Source of the DNA: Promethearchaeia archaeon
Lineage (GTDB): Archaea; Asgardarchaeota; Lokiarchaeia; Sigyniarchaeales; SOKP01
Direction: 5' to 3'
NCBI GenBank assembly: GCA_029856145.1
Contig: JAHQWK010000025.1
Coordinates: 1 to 64,000 of the forward strand
Length of the DNA: 64,000 nucleotides
Shown here: positions 19,591 through 30,261 of the stretch, one piece after another
How positions within the stretch are numbered: position 1 is the first letter of the stretch
Layout: each line of letters starts with the position of its first letter
The notes under the pieces: model-generated
Seen by the model: the letters and a program-made list of their open reading frames with translations, nothing else
Databases searched by the model: none
What the model was told of the DNA's origin: nothing
Translations under genes and position numbers: made by a program

Positions 19591-19656
19591 TTTATATAGT
19601 AAAACTTACTGATAGTAAGTGACTTACTGACGGTAAGATAATTACTATTAGTAAAC
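19591..19656 (+). promoter_or_regulatory. TATA box followed by three tandem TTACT-N3-AGTAA palindromes (putative TetR operators)
   Basis: TTTATATA at 19591-19598; ACTTACTgatAGTAAGT at 19604-19620; ACTTACTgacGGTAAGA at 19622-19638; TTACTattAGTAA at 19642-19654. Confidence 0.8.
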
Positions 19657-19715
19657 TTAATAAATGACTTGTACTAACATGAAAGGAATAATTAAGTTGA
19701 AAGTGGTGAATAAAG

Positions 19716-20387
19716 ATTTCCAAATTATCTAGAAGAGAACGCGAAAAATTACAGCGTCATAACGATATACTCAAAGCCGCTGAAAATAGATTCTTTAAAA
19801 AAGGCTATGATGAGGTTTCCATGGATGATATCGCTGGGGATTTAGAGCTTTCTAAAACGACGCTCTATTTGTATTTTAAAAATAAACCATCATTGTTTTT
19901 TGCTGTAGTAATAAAAGGCGTGGTTATGCTAAGGGATACATTTAAAAATGCTGAAAAAAGTGAGACTACTGGATTAGGAAAATTAATGAGTATAATTCGA
20001 GCTTACTTTAATTATTCACAAATTCACTCAGATTATTATCGTCTTAACCTTTCAACTAGAGCCCCTCGTTTTATGAAAATGCTTCAAAACGACGAGGATC
20101 ATGATGCAGAAATTGAAAATGCCGAAGAATATATCCAACTAAAAGAAGAATTACTTAGTATGTTAACGGACGCTGTCAATTTGGGAATTAAGGATGGTAC
20201 AATAAGAAAGGACTTAGATCCAATACAGACAGTAATGTTCTTGGGTTCTGCCATTGAGGCTATAGTACATCTATCTCCCGTAAATCAATTACTCTTAGAG
20301 ACGTATGGTATCACCGCTGAGGGATATCTTCAATACTCGATTGACGTGTTATTACAAGGTATTGCTGGAGAAAAAAAAAATTTGTAA
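19716..20387 (+). CDS. TetR/AcrR regulator; the true N-terminus extends upstream of the ORF call to an ATT codon
   Basis: In-frame ISKLSRREREKLQRHNDILKAAENRFFKKGYDEVS precedes MDDIA..ELSKTTLYLYF; GGTGA SD at 19705-19709. Confidence 0.85.
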   Translation: MSKLSRREREKLQRHNDILKAAENRFFKKGYDEVSMDDIAGDLELSKTTLYLYFKNKPSLFFAVVIKGVVMLRDTFKNAEKSETTGLGKLMSIIRAYFNYSQIHSDYYRLNLSTRAPRFMKMLQNDEDHDAEIENAEEYIQLKEELLSMLTDAVNLGIKDGTIRKDLDPIQTVMFLGSAIEAIVHLSPVNQLLLETYGITAEGYLQYSIDVLLQGIAGEKKNL

Positions 20388-20402
20388 AAAGATGGAAAAA
20401 AT

Positions 20403-20996
20403 ATGGAAAAAATACAAGTATTAATTGCTTATGGTACTCGTTATGGAGCAACGACGAGTACCGCTGAAGAAATTGCTAAAGTTCTTCAAGATGAAGGACT
20501 TGAGGTAAGAGTTGTCAATCTCAAAAAAGAGAAGATCAAAGATATAACAAACTATGAACTTGTTATAATTGGGAGTGGAATGAAAATGGAAATGTGGACG
20601 AGTAAAGCTAAAGCATTTTTAAACAAGTTTAGCAGTGAGCTCAAGAAAAAGAAAGTGGCAATCTTCGTGTCTTCAGGAGCGCGAGCACTCATGGAATATA
20701 AAGGAGAACATGATGAAATTATTAGAATTACTAAAAAATATCTTGAAGATAAAGCTTCTAAATATAATTTGAATCCAATCTCTATGACCATGTTTGGAGG
20801 TATCTGGGATTATAATCAGATGGGTAAAATTTATAGAAAATTTTTAGACGCAGAAAAAGAAAATTTCATCCCGGCGGGAATTAAAGAAACAGAGCCAGGA
20901 GTTTACGATTCAAGAAATTGGGATGAGATTCGTAAATGGGCTAACGAGTTAGCTAGAATGATTTATGACAACTCTATTAAGATTAAAGCAACTTAA
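20403..20996 (+). CDS. Flavodoxin-domain protein (HemG/Flavodoxin_5-like)
   Basis: IAYGTRYGATTSTAEEIA, VIIGS, DSRNWDEIRKWA. Confidence 0.85.
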   Translation: MEKIQVLIAYGTRYGATTSTAEEIAKVLQDEGLEVRVVNLKKEKIKDITNYELVIIGSGMKMEMWTSKAKAFLNKFSSELKKKKVAIFVSSGARALMEYKGEHDEIIRITKKYLEDKASKYNLNPISMTMFGGIWDYNQMGKIYRKFLDAEKENFIPAGIKETEPGVYDSRNWDEIRKWANELARMIYDNSIKIKAT

Positions 20997-21133
20997 GAAC
21001 ATTTTAAATTTTTTTTTAAATTTCTATTTTAAATCCATTTAAATAATATTTAATTCTAAAGTCTCATTAAATCATCCATAGTTCGAAATAATGATTTTAA
21101 TTTAATAATCAGAACTTAATAGAGTGAAAATCT

Positions 21134-23314
21134 ATGATTTTAGCGGAAAAGAAATATGAAATCCAAGACGTCCAAAAAGGCTATGCAAATCGGACTTTAT
21201 ACATCAATCTTTCTATAAATGAGATTACTATTAGGTCTGTCTCTGATGAGATGAAAGAGAAATTTATTGGGGGAAAGGGTTTTGATTTAAAGTTAATGTG
21301 GGATTCTATCCCAAAAGATCGCATAGTTAAATGGGATGATCCTGAGAATGAAATTTGCATTTCTTCAGGGCCATTAGGTGGGAGTATATTTTATCCTGGC
21401 TCTGGAAAATCAATTGTTACCTCGATATCGCCTTTAACAGGAATTATTATGGATTCTAATGTCGGAGGTTATTTCGGACCATACCTTAAATTTTCGGGAT
21501 TTGATGCATTAGAAATACAAGGAAAAGCAAAAAATGACGTAATTATTTATATTGATGGTATAGAAGGATTAGTTCAAATTAAAGAAGTAGAAGATTCTGA
21601 AGGATTGTCTGAATATTCCCATGAACTCACTCAACAATTGACAGAAAAATATGCTAAAGATGATGCTGAAAAACCACGTGTTTCAGTAGTAAGTTCTGGA
21701 CCTGCGGCAAAGCATTCTAATTGGGGCATGTTAAACTTCTCTTGGTTTATTCCTGGGCGGAAATGGGCGTCGTACAAACAAGCTGGGAGGGGTGGAATTG
21801 GTACTGTTTTTGCAGATAAGAAAATAAAGGCTTTAGTGTGTCATTCTCCAAAGGTTACTGTCAAATCAAATAACCCGGCAGATTTAGAAGAGGCTAGAAA
21901 AATTGGAAGAATGTATAACCAAGAAATAATTAAACTTGACCCAATACAAAACGAAATGCGTAGAGTTGGAACAGGGCATCTTCCCGACATCATGAATGTT
22001 ACTGACCTTTTACCAACAGAAAATTATCGCTTCGGAAGACACAAAGAAATTAGTGGAAAAGATATCCCGTATAGTAGAGAGATAATGAGAGAGATATATT
22101 CTGGAAAAGAAGGAGGGGATGGATGTTGGATTGGATGCACAGTTAGCTGTTCTCATTACTCAGAAGGCCACGAAGTTTTAACCGGTCCATTCAAAGGTCA
22201 AAAATTGATTGTTGACGGCCCAGAATACGAAACAATAGCTGGATGTGGGTCAAATTGGGGCGTTTGGGACCCAAAATGGGTTCTAGAAGTAAATTTTTAC
22301 TGCGATACATACGGTTTAGATACAATTTCGGTAGGGACAGGAATAGCTTTTGTAATGGAATGTTTCGAAGCGGGTATCTTAAATAAAGAAAGGACTGGAG
22401 GATTGGAATTAAATTTCGGAGATGTAGAAGCTGCAGTTGAGTTAATTCACCACATGGCTAAAGGTAAAGGATTTGGAGTTATAGTTGGAAAGGGTATTAA
22501 ATATATGAAAAAATATTTTGTTGAAAACTTTGGAGCGAACCCTCAATTTGTACAAGATATTGGTATGGAACATAAAGGTTTAGAGTTTTCTGAGTATGTC
22601 ACTAAAGAATCCTTGGCGCAACAAGGTGGATATGGATTAACAAATAAAGGACCGCAACATGATGAAGCTTGGCTTATTTTTGATGATGCGATTAGAAATT
22701 CAATTCCGACTTTCGAAGATAAAGCTAAAGCTCTGCGTTACTTCCCTTATTGGAGGACCTGGTTTTCGCTAAATGGACTCTGTAAGCTCCCCTGGAACGA
22801 TATCCAACCATTAAGCCAAAGAGAATACCCAATTAAAGATCCTAAAACGGGAGAGTTAGTTCGCGCGAAAATTCCTGATCATGTGAAATTGTATGCTAAA
22901 TATTTCTCAGCTGTTATAGGAAGGAATTCTACTCCAGATGATCTGATTACCATGTCAGAAAGAGTTTACAACTTCCAAAGAATTTTTAATATACGACTAG
23001 GACAAGGATTACGTGAGGGAGATTCTAATCTACCTTATAGAGCAATGGGACCTGTGACACCATTAGAATATGAAAGCCGTCTAGAAAGATATGATAATCA
23101 ACTTAAAGAATTAGGATTTGATATCTCTGATAAAACTACAGAGGATAAGATAAAAATTCTAAGAAAGTAACGTGAGGAACAATATTCAAAACTTCAAGAT
23201 GCTGTATATAAAGAAAGGGGATGGAATCAAAATGGTTGTCCTACAATAGAAAAAGTGAGAGAATTAAGAATTGACTTTGATGATCTTATTAAAATTATAC
23301 AACCCCACCAGTAA
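21134..23314 (+). pseudogene. aor: Tungsten-dependent aldehyde:ferredoxin oxidoreductase family gene with an in-frame TAA at 23168-23170
   Basis: SPLTG..DSNVGG, AGRGGIG, CxxxCxxxC, DGPEYET, GLDTISVG; the frame continues past the stop as REEQYSKLQDAVYKERGWNQNGCPT...PHQ* to 23314. Confidence 0.8.
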
Positions 23315-23466
23315 TTTCAATACACTAATTTTCTAAATTAATTTTCAAATCTTAATCTTATATCCAATTTTCTTTAAAACGAATTATAAGCCAAATTAAT
23401 AAAGGTTTAATTAATTTTACTTTTTTATTCAATTAATAAGAAATTTAATATTTTGCTTGAAAGAAT

Positions 23467-24738
23467 ATGACTATTTTAGAGGATGCTTTAAAAAAAAAAG
23501 TCACAGATGATTTTAGACAGATTGCCAAGGACGAAAAAGTAAATATAAATACAATTTTAAAAGCAGTTTCAAAAGGTCAAGCTGTAATCATAAAAAGAAT
23601 AAATAACAAACCAGTGGGTATTGGTTTTCCTTTTAGGACAAAGATTAATGTTAATATAGGTACATCCACATCATTGGTTAATGTCGATACAGAATTAGAA
23701 AAAGTTAAAGTTGCTGAGAAATTTGGAACAGATACATTATCAGACTTATCGATGGGAGGTAAAATTGATTTAATTAGGAAAAAGATTTTAAATATCTCAA
23801 CTGTTCCAATAACTACTGTACCGATATATCAAGTTCTTACAGAAGCAAACTCAATTGAAGGTATAACTGACGATTTAATCTTTAAGGTTATTGAAAATCA
23901 TTTAAAGGATGGGATAAGTTCTTTAGTTATCCATTCTGGCTTTAGTCTTGAAGATTTAAATCGAATGAAAGGAAAGAGGTTAATGGGAATGGTCTCTAAA
24001 GGTGGCTCATATACAGCAGCTTATATGGTCAATAATTCAGTTGAAAACCCATTTCTAAAAAATTTTGACAAGCTCCTCGAAATTCTAAATGAATATGATG
24101 CGATATTAAATTTAGGAAATGCTATGAGAAGTGGATGTATACATGATAAAATAGATGAATTTCAATTTTCAGAAATAAAACTCAATTCAAAACTTGCGAA
24201 AAAAGCAAATAAAAAGGGAGTACAAGTAATTATTGAAAGTTTAGGAGGTCATATAATGGCTAAGGATTTAATAAAATATTTAAAACTATATAAAAAAATT
24301 ACAAATAATAGACCTTTGTTTGTATCAGGACCAATTCCAACAGATTTTGCTCCTGGTTACGATCATATTGCAGCTGCTATTGGAGGAGCCTTTGCCTCAG
24401 GTTTTGGCGCAGATTATTTATGTGCCATTACCCCCGCGGAACATCTTTGTTTACCTACCGTCGAAGATATTAAAAAGGGATTAATATCTTGTCGTATTGC
24501 TGCTCATGTTGGGGATTCTTTTAAATTTGGATTAAATTATTTATTTAATGATGACCTTCATCTTTCTAAATACCGATTTCAAAAAAATTGGAAAAAACAA
24601 TTTGAACATAGCGTTGATCCTACGGAACCTCAAAAAAAGCATCCCATTAGTGAAGATGTCTGTTCGATGTGTGGAAAATATTGTGCGTTATCAATTTCAC
24701 AAAAGCTTTTTAATAATAAGCCATCAACAAAATTTTAA
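23467..24738 (+). CDS. thiC: ThiC/BzaF-family radical SAM protein
   Basis: TKINVNIGTS, DLSMGG, TVPIYQ, YDHI..AIG, TPAEHL, C-terminal CSMCGKYC. Confidence 0.8.
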   Translation: MTILEDALKKKVTDDFRQIAKDEKVNINTILKAVSKGQAVIIKRINNKPVGIGFPFRTKINVNIGTSTSLVNVDTELEKVKVAEKFGTDTLSDLSMGGKIDLIRKKILNISTVPITTVPIYQVLTEANSIEGITDDLIFKVIENHLKDGISSLVIHSGFSLEDLNRMKGKRLMGMVSKGGSYTAAYMVNNSVENPFLKNFDKLLEILNEYDAILNLGNAMRSGCIHDKIDEFQFSEIKLNSKLAKKANKKGVQVIIESLGGHIMAKDLIKYLKLYKKITNNRPLFVSGPIPTDFAPGYDHIAAAIGGAFASGFGADYLCAITPAEHLCLPTVEDIKKGLISCRIAAHVGDSFKFGLNYLFNDDLHLSKYRFQKNWKKQFEHSVDPTEPQKKHPISEDVCSMCGKYCALSISQKLFNNKPSTKF

Positions 24739-24808
24739 TATATTACAAATCTTTAATTTAAAGCTATTGTAGTAAAAAATAAATTTATAATTAAAAAGAA
24801 GAATCTAA

Positions 24809-26893
24809 ATGGAAGATATAACAAAACATCCTATTTTAGAGATACCAGACAGAAAAAAGATTAATTTTACATTTGATGGGGAACAATTAACTGGATTTGA
24901 AGGAATGGTTATATCTTCAGCACTCTTTTTAAATAAAATTAAGATTTTTGGCCATCATGTTAAAGATAACAGTCCGCAGGGCATATTTTGTGCTAATGGT
25001 CAATGTGCTCAATGTAATGTTATTGTGAATGGAATACCCGTAAAAGCATGCATGACACCTCTTAAAGAGGGAATGTTAATAGAAAGTTGTAATGGATTAC
25101 CAGAGCTACCCCCTGAGGATAATGTTGTAACTGTAGGAGATTCTGATATTGTTGATATTGAAGTACTCGTAATTGGTGCGGGTCCAGCAGGATTATCAGC
25201 TACTAAAAGCTTGGGAGAAAATAATGTTAAAGTGATCTTAATAGATGATAAAGCTGAACTTGGAGGTAAATTAGTTCTTCAAACTCATAAATTTTTCGGC
25301 TCACAAGAAGATGTTTATGCTGGTAAACGAGGTATAGATATAGCAAAAATTTTGGGAGAATCTGTTGAAGCTTTATCGAATGTTAAAGTCTGGCTTAATA
25401 GTATTTGTTTAGCAGTATTTAGCGATGGGTTAACCGGTATTTTGAAAAATAATGATACATATGTACTAGTCAAACCTAAATACCTCTTGATTGCTACTGG
25501 CGCTCGAGAGAAAATGCTTGTATTTCCTGGAAATACATTACCAGGAGTTTATGGTGCTGGAGCTTTTCAAACTCTAGTTAACCGTGATTTAATAAAAGCG
25601 GCAGATAAGATATTCATTGTTGGAGGAGGTAATGTAGGTTTAATTGCTGGCTATCATGCAATTCAAGCAGGTATAGACGTTGTAGGTCTAATTGAAGCTT
25701 TACCCAATTGTGGAGGATATAAAGTTCATGAAGACAAACTTCGAAGGTTAGGTGTTCCAATTTATACAAGCCATACAATTGTTTCAGCTAATGGGGAAAA
25801 AGGTGTAGAATCCATAACAATTGCAGAAATCGATAAAAATTTCAATGTTATATCAGGAACTGAAAGAACATTTGCCTGTGATACCATTTTAATTGCTGTA
25901 GGACTGAATCCTGTTGATGAATTTTATTATAAAGCAAAAGAATTTGGATTTAAGTTTTGGGTAGCTGGTGATGCTCAAGAAATAGCAGAAGCTTCTGCTG
26001 CAATATTTACCGGAAAAATTGAAGCTTTAAAAATCCTTAAAGAAATTGGAATCAAAATTTCTGAAGATATTAATCAATTAGATAAATTTGCAGAAGTTAT
26101 GAAAGCCAAACCTCCTCATCCTATCGACATAGAAATTAAATTTAAAGAAGAAGGAATATATCCAGTATTCTATTGTAATCAAGAAATTCCTTGTAATCCA
26201 TGTACGACTGTATGTGATCAACAGCAAATTGAAACTATTGATAATGTAATAACGCAATTACCATATTTTAAGGGAGAGCAAGATTGTGTTGGATGTGGTA
26301 AGTGTGTTGCTGTTTGTCCAGGATTAGCAGTTGTTCTATTAGATTATCGAAAAGATAAGGATTTTCCGTTAGTAACATTTCCTTTTGAGCTTACTGAGGC
26401 GAAATTAGAAAAAGGGGAAAAAGTTATTGTTGTAAGTAATGAAAAGGAATTAGGAGCATTTGAAATTCATAGATCCCGAATATTAAAAGAATTTCCTAAA
26501 ACCCAACTAATCACTATTAGGCTACCTTCAGAAATAGCAAAACAAGCTGTAGCAATTAAGAATTATGAAACTAAATATATTGAACCAATAGATATATATC
26601 AAAAATCATTGACAGATGATGAAACAATAGTTTGCAGGTGCGAACGTGTATCAGTAGGTGAAATTCGAAACTGGATACGTTCAGGAGTCAGAGATTTCAA
26701 TGAATTGAAAGCCTTAACAAAAGTAGGGATGGGGGCTTGTGGCGGTAAAACTTGTACTCCTCTAATTGAGAGAATATTTCGAGAAGAAGGGGTATCTATT
26801 GATGATATTACTCCTGGTAAAAAACGTCCATTGTTTATAGAAATTCCAATGGGAATATTCGCCAATGCTAAAGATAAAAAGGAGGAGCTGTAG
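24809..26893 (+). CDS. Proline dehydrogenase/sarcosine oxidase alpha-like fusion (2Fe-2S + FAD + 4Fe-4S + BFD-like 2Fe-2S)
   Basis: FCANGQCAQC...KAC, GAGPAG, ATGARE, CNPCTTVC/CVGCGKCVAVCP, CRCERV...GMGACGGKTC. Confidence 0.85.
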   Translation: MEDITKHPILEIPDRKKINFTFDGEQLTGFEGMVISSALFLNKIKIFGHHVKDNSPQGIFCANGQCAQCNVIVNGIPVKACMTPLKEGMLIESCNGLPELPPEDNVVTVGDSDIVDIEVLVIGAGPAGLSATKSLGENNVKVILIDDKAELGGKLVLQTHKFFGSQEDVYAGKRGIDIAKILGESVEALSNVKVWLNSICLAVFSDGLTGILKNNDTYVLVKPKYLLIATGAREKMLVFPGNTLPGVYGAGAFQTLVNRDLIKAADKIFIVGGGNVGLIAGYHAIQAGIDVVGLIEALPNCGGYKVHEDKLRRLGVPIYTSHTIVSANGEKGVESITIAEIDKNFNVISGTERTFACDTILIAVGLNPVDEFYYKAKEFGFKFWVAGDAQEIAEASAAIFTGKIEALKILKEIGIKISEDINQLDKFAEVMKAKPPHPIDIEIKFKEEGIYPVFYCNQEIPCNPCTTVCDQQQIETIDNVITQLPYFKGEQDCVGCGKCVAVCPGLAVVLLDYRKDKDFPLVTFPFELTEAKLEKGEKVIVVSNEKELGAFEIHRSRILKEFPKTQLITIRLPSEIAKQAVAIKNYETKYIEPIDIYQKSLTDDETIVCRCERVSVGEIRNWIRSGVRDFNELKALTKVGMGACGGKTCTPLIERIFREEGVSIDDITPGKKRPLFIEIPMGIFANAKDKKEEL

Positions 26894-28060
26894 ATGGTTG
26901 AATATGATGTAATTATTATTGGTGCTGGCAGTGTTGGTGTTCCTACGGCTTTAGCAACAGCAAATGATGGACTTAAAACGCTAGTCATTGATTCTCTGCC
27001 TTCAGTTGCTCAAGCAGATAATAAACATGCTATTGGAGGTATTAGAGCTACTCATTCTCATAAAGGAAAAATCTGGTTGTGTCAAAGATCAATAGAAATT
27101 TTTTCTAGTTGGGAAGAAAAATATGGAGATGATATTTGGTGGGATCAAGGAGGTTATACTTTTCTAGCATATTCCGAAGAACATGAACAATTACTAAAAG
27201 AAACAGTAAAACTTCAAAGAAGTTATAATTTGAATATTAATTATGTTGATAAGGAAAAGATAAAGGAAATAATTCCCGGTATTAATGAAGATGGATTATT
27301 AGGAGGAACTTATAGCCTTGAAGACGGGAATGCATCACCTTTGTTATCACTACATTCCTTTTATAGATATTCCAAAAATTTGGGAACAGAATATCACTTT
27401 GATGAAAATGTTATTGATATTCTTACCAAAAATAATAAAATAATTGGTGTTAAGACCACAAAAGGAAAATACCAAACTAAATCAATTATTAATAGTGCTG
27501 GAGCTCAAGCAAAAGATATTGGTAAATTAATTGGAATCGACATTCCTGTAGAACCAGATTCACATGAAGCAGGAATAACAGAACCAGTAAAAAAATTCTT
27601 TTCACCAATGGTTGTAGATATTAGACCATGCTCTGATCCAAAATGTGGAGACTCAAAAAATTATTATTTCTACCAAAATAAAGAAGGTAAAATTATTTTT
27701 TGTTTAACTCCTAGTCCAAGCATTCTAGGTATGGATCGTAGGGAAACAAGCTCATTCTTACCACAAATCTCAAAGAGAATGATAAAACTTCTCCCACGTT
27801 TAAGGAACATAAAAATAAGGCGGACTTGGCGTGGCTTATACCCTATGACACTAGATGGAAACCCTATTGTCGGAAAAATTAGTGAAATTGAAGGATATAT
27901 TAATGCTGTTGGAATGTGTGGGCAGGGATTTATGTTGGGCCCTGGATTAGGAGAACTTCTAAGTCGTGTCTTAACAGAAAAAACTACTTCAAGAGATAAT
28001 GAGATCTTAGATACTCTTTCTTATAAACGCGATTTTGGTGTGGAAGAAGAATTAAAATAA
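26894..28060 (+). CDS. FAD-dependent oxidoreductase, proline dehydrogenase/sarcosine oxidase beta-like
   Basis: GAGSVG, RTWRGLYPMTLDGNP, GMCGQGFMLGPG; abuts the alpha-like gene. Confidence 0.85.
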   Translation: MVEYDVIIIGAGSVGVPTALATANDGLKTLVIDSLPSVAQADNKHAIGGIRATHSHKGKIWLCQRSIEIFSSWEEKYGDDIWWDQGGYTFLAYSEEHEQLLKETVKLQRSYNLNINYVDKEKIKEIIPGINEDGLLGGTYSLEDGNASPLLSLHSFYRYSKNLGTEYHFDENVIDILTKNNKIIGVKTTKGKYQTKSIINSAGAQAKDIGKLIGIDIPVEPDSHEAGITEPVKKFFSPMVVDIRPCSDPKCGDSKNYYFYQNKEGKIIFCLTPSPSILGMDRRETSSFLPQISKRMIKLLPRLRNIKIRRTWRGLYPMTLDGNPIVGKISEIEGYINAVGMCGQGFMLGPGLGELLSRVLTEKTTSRDNEILDTLSYKRDFGVEEELK

Positions 28061-28143
28061 AATCGAATAAGCACATATCTTGATTTAAATCTAATCTTTC
28101 TTTTTTATACTCAATTGGAATTAAAAATTTTAAAATACTAAAA

Positions 28144-29076
28144 ATGGTTCGACATCTTTTAAAAGTATCAGATTTTTCAAAAGAAGAATGTGAGAAGGTT
28201 ATTGATAAATCAATTGAGATCAAGAAAAATACTGAAAAATATAGTTCTGCTTTAGAAGGGGAAACCTTACTGATGCTGTTTGAAAAACCTTCCTTAAGAA
28301 CTCGAATATCTTTTGAGACAGGCATGCAACAATTAGGAGGACATGCTATTTTTTACTCAATAAAAGATTCTCCTTTAGGTAAAAAGGAAAATATTTCCGA
28401 TACAGCAAAAGTCGCTTCTCGATTTGTTAATATAATAGCTGCTCGTGTTTTCAAAAGACAAGATATTTGGGATTTAGCTAAATATGCTGATGTACCGGTT
28501 ATTAATATGCTTGATGATTTTGCGCATCCCTGTCAAATTCTTGGTGATTTTCAAACCATTAAAGAGAAAAAAACTCATTTAGAGAAAATGAAATTATCCT
28601 ACTTTGGTGATGCTTATAATAATGTTACTTATGATTTAATGCGAATGTGTGCATTATTCGGCTGGAGAATGGATGTAGCTTGCCCTAATTCTCCAGAATA
28701 TTCACCCGAACAAACTGTACTAGATGAAGTTTCTCAGATCTCTAAAGAAACCGGCGCTGAGGTAAAAGTTGTTCATGATACTATAGAAGCTGCTCGAGAT
28801 TCTGATGTTATATATACTGACAGCTGGATGAGTTATGGAATACCACAGGAACAAGAAGAAAAGCGGAAAAAAGCTTTTATGCATTATCAAGTTACATTAT
28901 CAGTTATGGAAGTAGCAAAAACAGATGCAATTTTTATGAATTGTTTACCCGCTATGAGGGAATATGAACAAACAACTGATGTAATTGATGGTCCTCAATC
29001 TATTGTTTTTGATCAGGCAGAAAATAGATTACATATTCAAAAAGCAATAATGCTCTTTCTACGAGATAAATTTTAG
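28144..29076 (+). CDS. argF: Ornithine carbamoyltransferase
   Basis: FEKPSLRTR, HPCQ, DVIYTDSWMS, NCLPA, DQAENR. Confidence 0.95.
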   Translation: MVRHLLKVSDFSKEECEKVIDKSIEIKKNTEKYSSALEGETLLMLFEKPSLRTRISFETGMQQLGGHAIFYSIKDSPLGKKENISDTAKVASRFVNIIAARVFKRQDIWDLAKYADVPVINMLDDFAHPCQILGDFQTIKEKKTHLEKMKLSYFGDAYNNVTYDLMRMCALFGWRMDVACPNSPEYSPEQTVLDEVSQISKETGAEVKVVHDTIEAARDSDVIYTDSWMSYGIPQEQEEKRKKAFMHYQVTLSVMEVAKTDAIFMNCLPAMREYEQTTDVIDGPQSIVFDQAENRLHIQKAIMLFLRDKF

Positions 29077-29187
29077 CTTTAAATTCAATTTAAAAGATTT
29101 ATATAGATCAATATTTTAAGTATTTTGAAATAATTGAAGGTATTGAAATTATTCAATATTAATTTAAGGTACATAATAAAAAAATAG

Positions 29188-30018
29188 GTGAACCAATTGA
29201 GCTTCATAATAACTAAAGGAATCAAAAATAAAGTTAAAAGAGGAAAATTGTCTTTAAAGAATATGGGCATCACCAATATGTTTGAGATTCAGGGGCTTGG
29301 TAATCTTACAAATCTAAGGAAATTAGATCTAAAAAAAAATGCTATAACAAAAATTGAAAACTTAGATTGGTTGATAAGTCTAGAGAAGTTAAAACTTAAA
29401 AAGAATAATATTCTAGAGATTGAAGGACTTGATAAATTACAGAATTTAATTAATTTAAATTTAAGTTGTAATCAAATACGAGAAATTAAAGGTCTTGAAA
29501 ACTTGACTAATTTAAAGCGTCTAAATTTAAGAGAAAACCAAATTACAGACATAAAGGGGCTTGAGAGTCTTAAGAACCTAAAATATTTAAGTCTAGGTTT
29601 AAATCAAATAACAAAAGTAAGCGGTCTTGATACACTTGAAAATTTAGAAGGCTTAGATCTTTCAAATAATCAAATCTCTAAAATTGAAGGGCTTGAAAAC
29701 TTAACTAATTTAAAAACTTTATATCTTACAAAAAATAATTTCACTGTTATAGAAGGTTTACAAAACTTACGAAATCTAAGACAAATTACTATTGGATTTA
29801 AAAGAGTAATCGGGGGGGTAGAGCTTAATGGAAAAAAATTCCCTACAAATGAAAGAAAAAAAATGGGTGTTAAATTTGAACCAGAATATGGTATGCGAAT
29901 AAATGCAAGAAAAATAGTTCTATACTGTCAATTTCCAAGAGAGACGGAAATTTTTGATATCCCTACTTCTGGTATATCTGATTCACAAAAAGATTGGAAG
30001 AAAAGAATAAAAAAGTGA
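29188..30018 (+). CDS. Leucine-rich repeat protein (SDS22-like)
   Basis: About 8 repeats of LxxLxLxxNxIxxIxGLxxL. Confidence 0.9.
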   Translation: MNQLSFIITKGIKNKVKRGKLSLKNMGITNMFEIQGLGNLTNLRKLDLKKNAITKIENLDWLISLEKLKLKKNNILEIEGLDKLQNLINLNLSCNQIREIKGLENLTNLKRLNLRENQITDIKGLESLKNLKYLSLGLNQITKVSGLDTLENLEGLDLSNNQISKIEGLENLTNLKTLYLTKNNFTVIEGLQNLRNLRQITIGFKRVIGGVELNGKKFPTNERKKMGVKFEPEYGMRINARKIVLYCQFPRETEIFDIPTSGISDSQKDWKKRIKK

Positions 30019-30126
30019 ATAGCATCTTTGAATCCACTATTCGAGAATAATCTTGGTGTATGAAAAAAATTTTAAATAAAAAGCAAGATAATCTTATTTT
30101 TCTATTAAATGTGTGATTGATTTTCT

Positions 30127-30261
30127 ATGAAAACTCTGATTGTTGCACTTGGTGGGAATGCATTAATTAAATTTGGAGAAGAAGGTACCACAGAAGAGCA
30201 ATTTCGAAATTTGAGAGTTCCTATAAGTCAAATTGCGAAATTAGCAAGAGACTATAAATAA
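30127..30261 (+). pseudogene. arcC: Displaced 5' end of a carbamate kinase gene
   Basis: MKTLIVALGGNALIKFGEEGTTEEQFRNLRVPISQIAKLARDYK* is 30/44 aa identical to the N-terminus of 33211-34128. Confidence 0.92.

Noticed and set aside
23168-23170. Selenocysteine or pyrrolysine recoding in the AOR
   Set aside because: The stop is TAA, not TGA or TAG, and it is not at a Cys or catalytic position.
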